Assembly (NCBI GenBank): GCA_965221075.1
Contig: OZ244865.1
Location: 33,123 to 97,122 of the forward strand
Origin: Limisphaerales bacterium
GTDB taxonomy: Bacteria > Verrucomicrobiota > Verrucomicrobiia > Limisphaerales > AAA164-E04
Direction of reading: 5' to 3'
DNA: 64,000 bases
The position numbers and the translations under genes are program-made. Numbering within the stretch: the stretch's first letter is position 1; every line of letters begins with the position of its first letter. The notes below the pieces were generated by a model. That model was not told the DNA's origin, ran no database searches, and was given only the letters and a program-made list of their open reading frames with translations. Positions 62,499-64,000 of the stretch are shown piece by piece.

Positions 62499-64000
62499 GG
62501 CCGCCCGCGCCGGCCGCCAGGCCGCTGCCCGCCGCTCTCCTCCTCCTCCCCTGGGCCCTGGCCGCGGCGGCCGGAGCGGACCTCCGGGAGGAGACCCTCT
62601 TCGAACGGGTGGATCCCCGGGAGGCGGGCATCGTCTTCGAGTACCGGTGGAACCCGCCGGAGCGCTACGAGCACGAGCTGGTCAACGGGATCACCGGAGG
62701 TGGGGCGGCGGCAGGCGACTACGACGGCGACGGGCTGGCGGACCTGTTCCTCACCCAGCCCTTCGGGGGGAACCACCTCTACCGCAACCTGGGGGGCTTC
62801 CGCTTCGAGCTCGACGAGGCCGTCTCCGACACGCTCTGGGGCACCGGCCCCAGCTTCGTGGACATCGACGGCGACGGCGACCTCGACCTCTTCGTCTGCG
62901 GCTACGACTGCCCCAACCGCCTCTACCTCAACCAGGGGGACGGAACCTTCGCCGAGTCGGCCGGGAAGGCGGGCCTGGCCCTGCCCGGCGCCAACGTGAT
63001 GATGGCCTTCGCCGACTACGACCGGGACGGGGATCTCGACGCCTACCTGCTGGCCAACCGGATCGCCCCCCGGGAGCCTCCCCTCTGGGAGTACTCCACC
63101 CGGGCCTCCGACGGCATGCCCATCCTTCCCGACTCCCTGAAGGGCTCCGCCAAGGTCCTCTACCGGCCCGACATCCGGGAGGGCAGGCTGGTGGCCGCCG
63201 GGGAGCCCGACCGCCTGCTGCGCAACGAGGGAGCCGGTCCCGGCGGCGTGCCGAGGTTCGTCGACGCCACCGGGGAGAGCGGCATCTCCGACCAGGACTT
63301 CGGCCTGGGGGTGGTCTGGCTGGACTTCGACGGGGACCTGTGGCCCGACATCTACACGGCCAACGACTTCTGGGGACAGGACCGCCTCTACCGCAACCGG
63401 GGGGACGGCACCTTCGAGGACGTGGCCGCCGCCGCCCTGCCCCACACCCCGTGGTTCTCCATGGGGACCGACTCGGCCGACATCGACAACGACGGCCTGC
63501 CCGACCTGATGGCCAGCGACATGTCCAGCGCCACCCACTACCGGGAGAAGCTCTCCATGGGCGACATGCAGGGCTGGTTCCTGGAGGCCTCCGTGCCCCG
63601 CCAGTACATGCGCAACGCCCTCTACGTCAACACCGGAACCTCGCGGTTCATGGAGTCGGCCCATCTCTCGGGGGTGGCCTCCACCGACTGGACCTGGTCG
63701 GTGCGCTTCGCCGACCTGGACGGGGACGGCAGGCAGGACCTCTTCGTCACCAACGGGGCCGAGCGGTTCTGGGACAACAGCGACCTGATGAGGGAGGCGG
63801 GAGGGGTCCAGCGCATCGACACCGAGGAGCTCAGGGCCCTCTGGCTGTCGAGCCCGCCCCGCAGGGATCCCAACTACGCCTTCCGCAACATGGGGGACCT
63901 GCGCTTCGAGGAGACCGGAGCCTCCTGGGGGCTCAGGGAGGAGGCGGTCAGCTACGGAGTGGTGGTGGAGGACCTGGACGGGGACGGGGACCCCGACATC
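62495..64000 (+). CDS. Third FG-GAP/VCBS-repeat (CRTAC1-family-like) protein, 3'-partial at the window end
   Basis: ATG overlaps the previous stop (ATGA, 62495-62498). My translation reads MRPPAPAARPLPAALLLLPWALAAAAGADLREETLFERVDPREAGIVFEYRWNPPERYEHELVNGITGGGAAAGDYDGDGLADLFLT..LYRNLGGFRFE. The frame stays open to 64000, so it is not listed in the ORF track. Confidence 0.75.
   Translation, partial: MRPPAPAARPLPAALLLLPWALAAAAGADLREETLFERVDPREAGIVFEYRWNPPERYEHELVNGITGGGAAAGDYDGDGLADLFLTQPFGGNHLYRNLGGFRFELDEAVSDTLWGTGPSFVDIDGDGDLDLFVCGYDCPNRLYLNQGDGTFAESAGKAGLALPGANVMMAFADYDRDGDLDAYLLANRIAPREPPLWEYSTRASDGMPILPDSLKGSAKVLYRPDIREGRLVAAGEPDRLLRNEGAGPGGVPRFVDATGESGISDQDFGLGVVWLDFDGDLWPDIYTANDFWGQDRLYRNRGDGTFEDVAAAALPHTPWFSMGTDSADIDNDGLPDLMASDMSSATHYREKLSMGDMQGWFLEASVPRQYMRNALYVNTGTSRFMESAHLSGVASTDWTWSVRFADLDGDGRQDLFVTNGAERFWDNSDLMREAGGVQRIDTEELRALWLSSPPRRDPNYAFRNMGDLRFEETGASWGLREEAVSYGVVVEDLDGDGDPDI

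Overview
High-GC bacterial chromosomal window (roughly two-thirds G+C by eye). The gene content suggests a PVC-type organism (Verrucomicrobiota/Planctomycetota-like): very large FG-GAP/ASPIC 'CRTAC1-like' secreted proteins, LamG/TSP3 proteins, a sulfatase, and hprK-ptsH beside lptB. That taxonomic call is inference only. No searches or tools were run; every family call rests on motifs read from the translations. Core blocks: 1-5.9 kb (mreB, tRNA-Ala, FG-GAP protein, FKBP), 21-24 kb (TlpA-like, arsS-like radical SAM, pyrE, rhodanese), 29.6-43 kb (thrH, moeA, ubiE, hisF, OstA-like, lptB, hprK, ptsH, heptose adenylyltransferase, CsgG-like) and 48.6-64 kb (pabB, pabC, ubiX, M3 peptidase, sulfatase, two LamG paralogs, two more FG-GAP/ASPIC giants). 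Plastic blocks: (a) 12.0-20.4 kb is an IS graveyard holding IS21 (two copies), an IS4-like element nested inside IS21, IS66, IS1182/IS5-like and IS3 fragments, a MITE-like unit and one strongly AT-rich orphan gene. It is bracketed by a ~1.65 kb direct duplication (TlpA-like gene plus arsS 3' end). (b) The most unusual signal is a recurring cassette: TlpA-like thioredoxin gene -> ORC/AAA_22-like P-loop ATPase with a winged-helix-like tail -> AT-rich spacer with inverted repeats -> small serine recombinase. It occurs at three loci (about 6.0-10.3 kb with the ATPase tandemly triplicated, 24.3-27.3 kb, 44.6-48.5 kb). At each locus an ATPase ORF is intact while the flanking thioredoxin and recombinase genes are decayed. 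I do not recognise this as a described system. No rRNA genes or CRISPR arrays were seen. The many long ORFs antisense to or out of frame with real genes are high-GC shadow ORFs.
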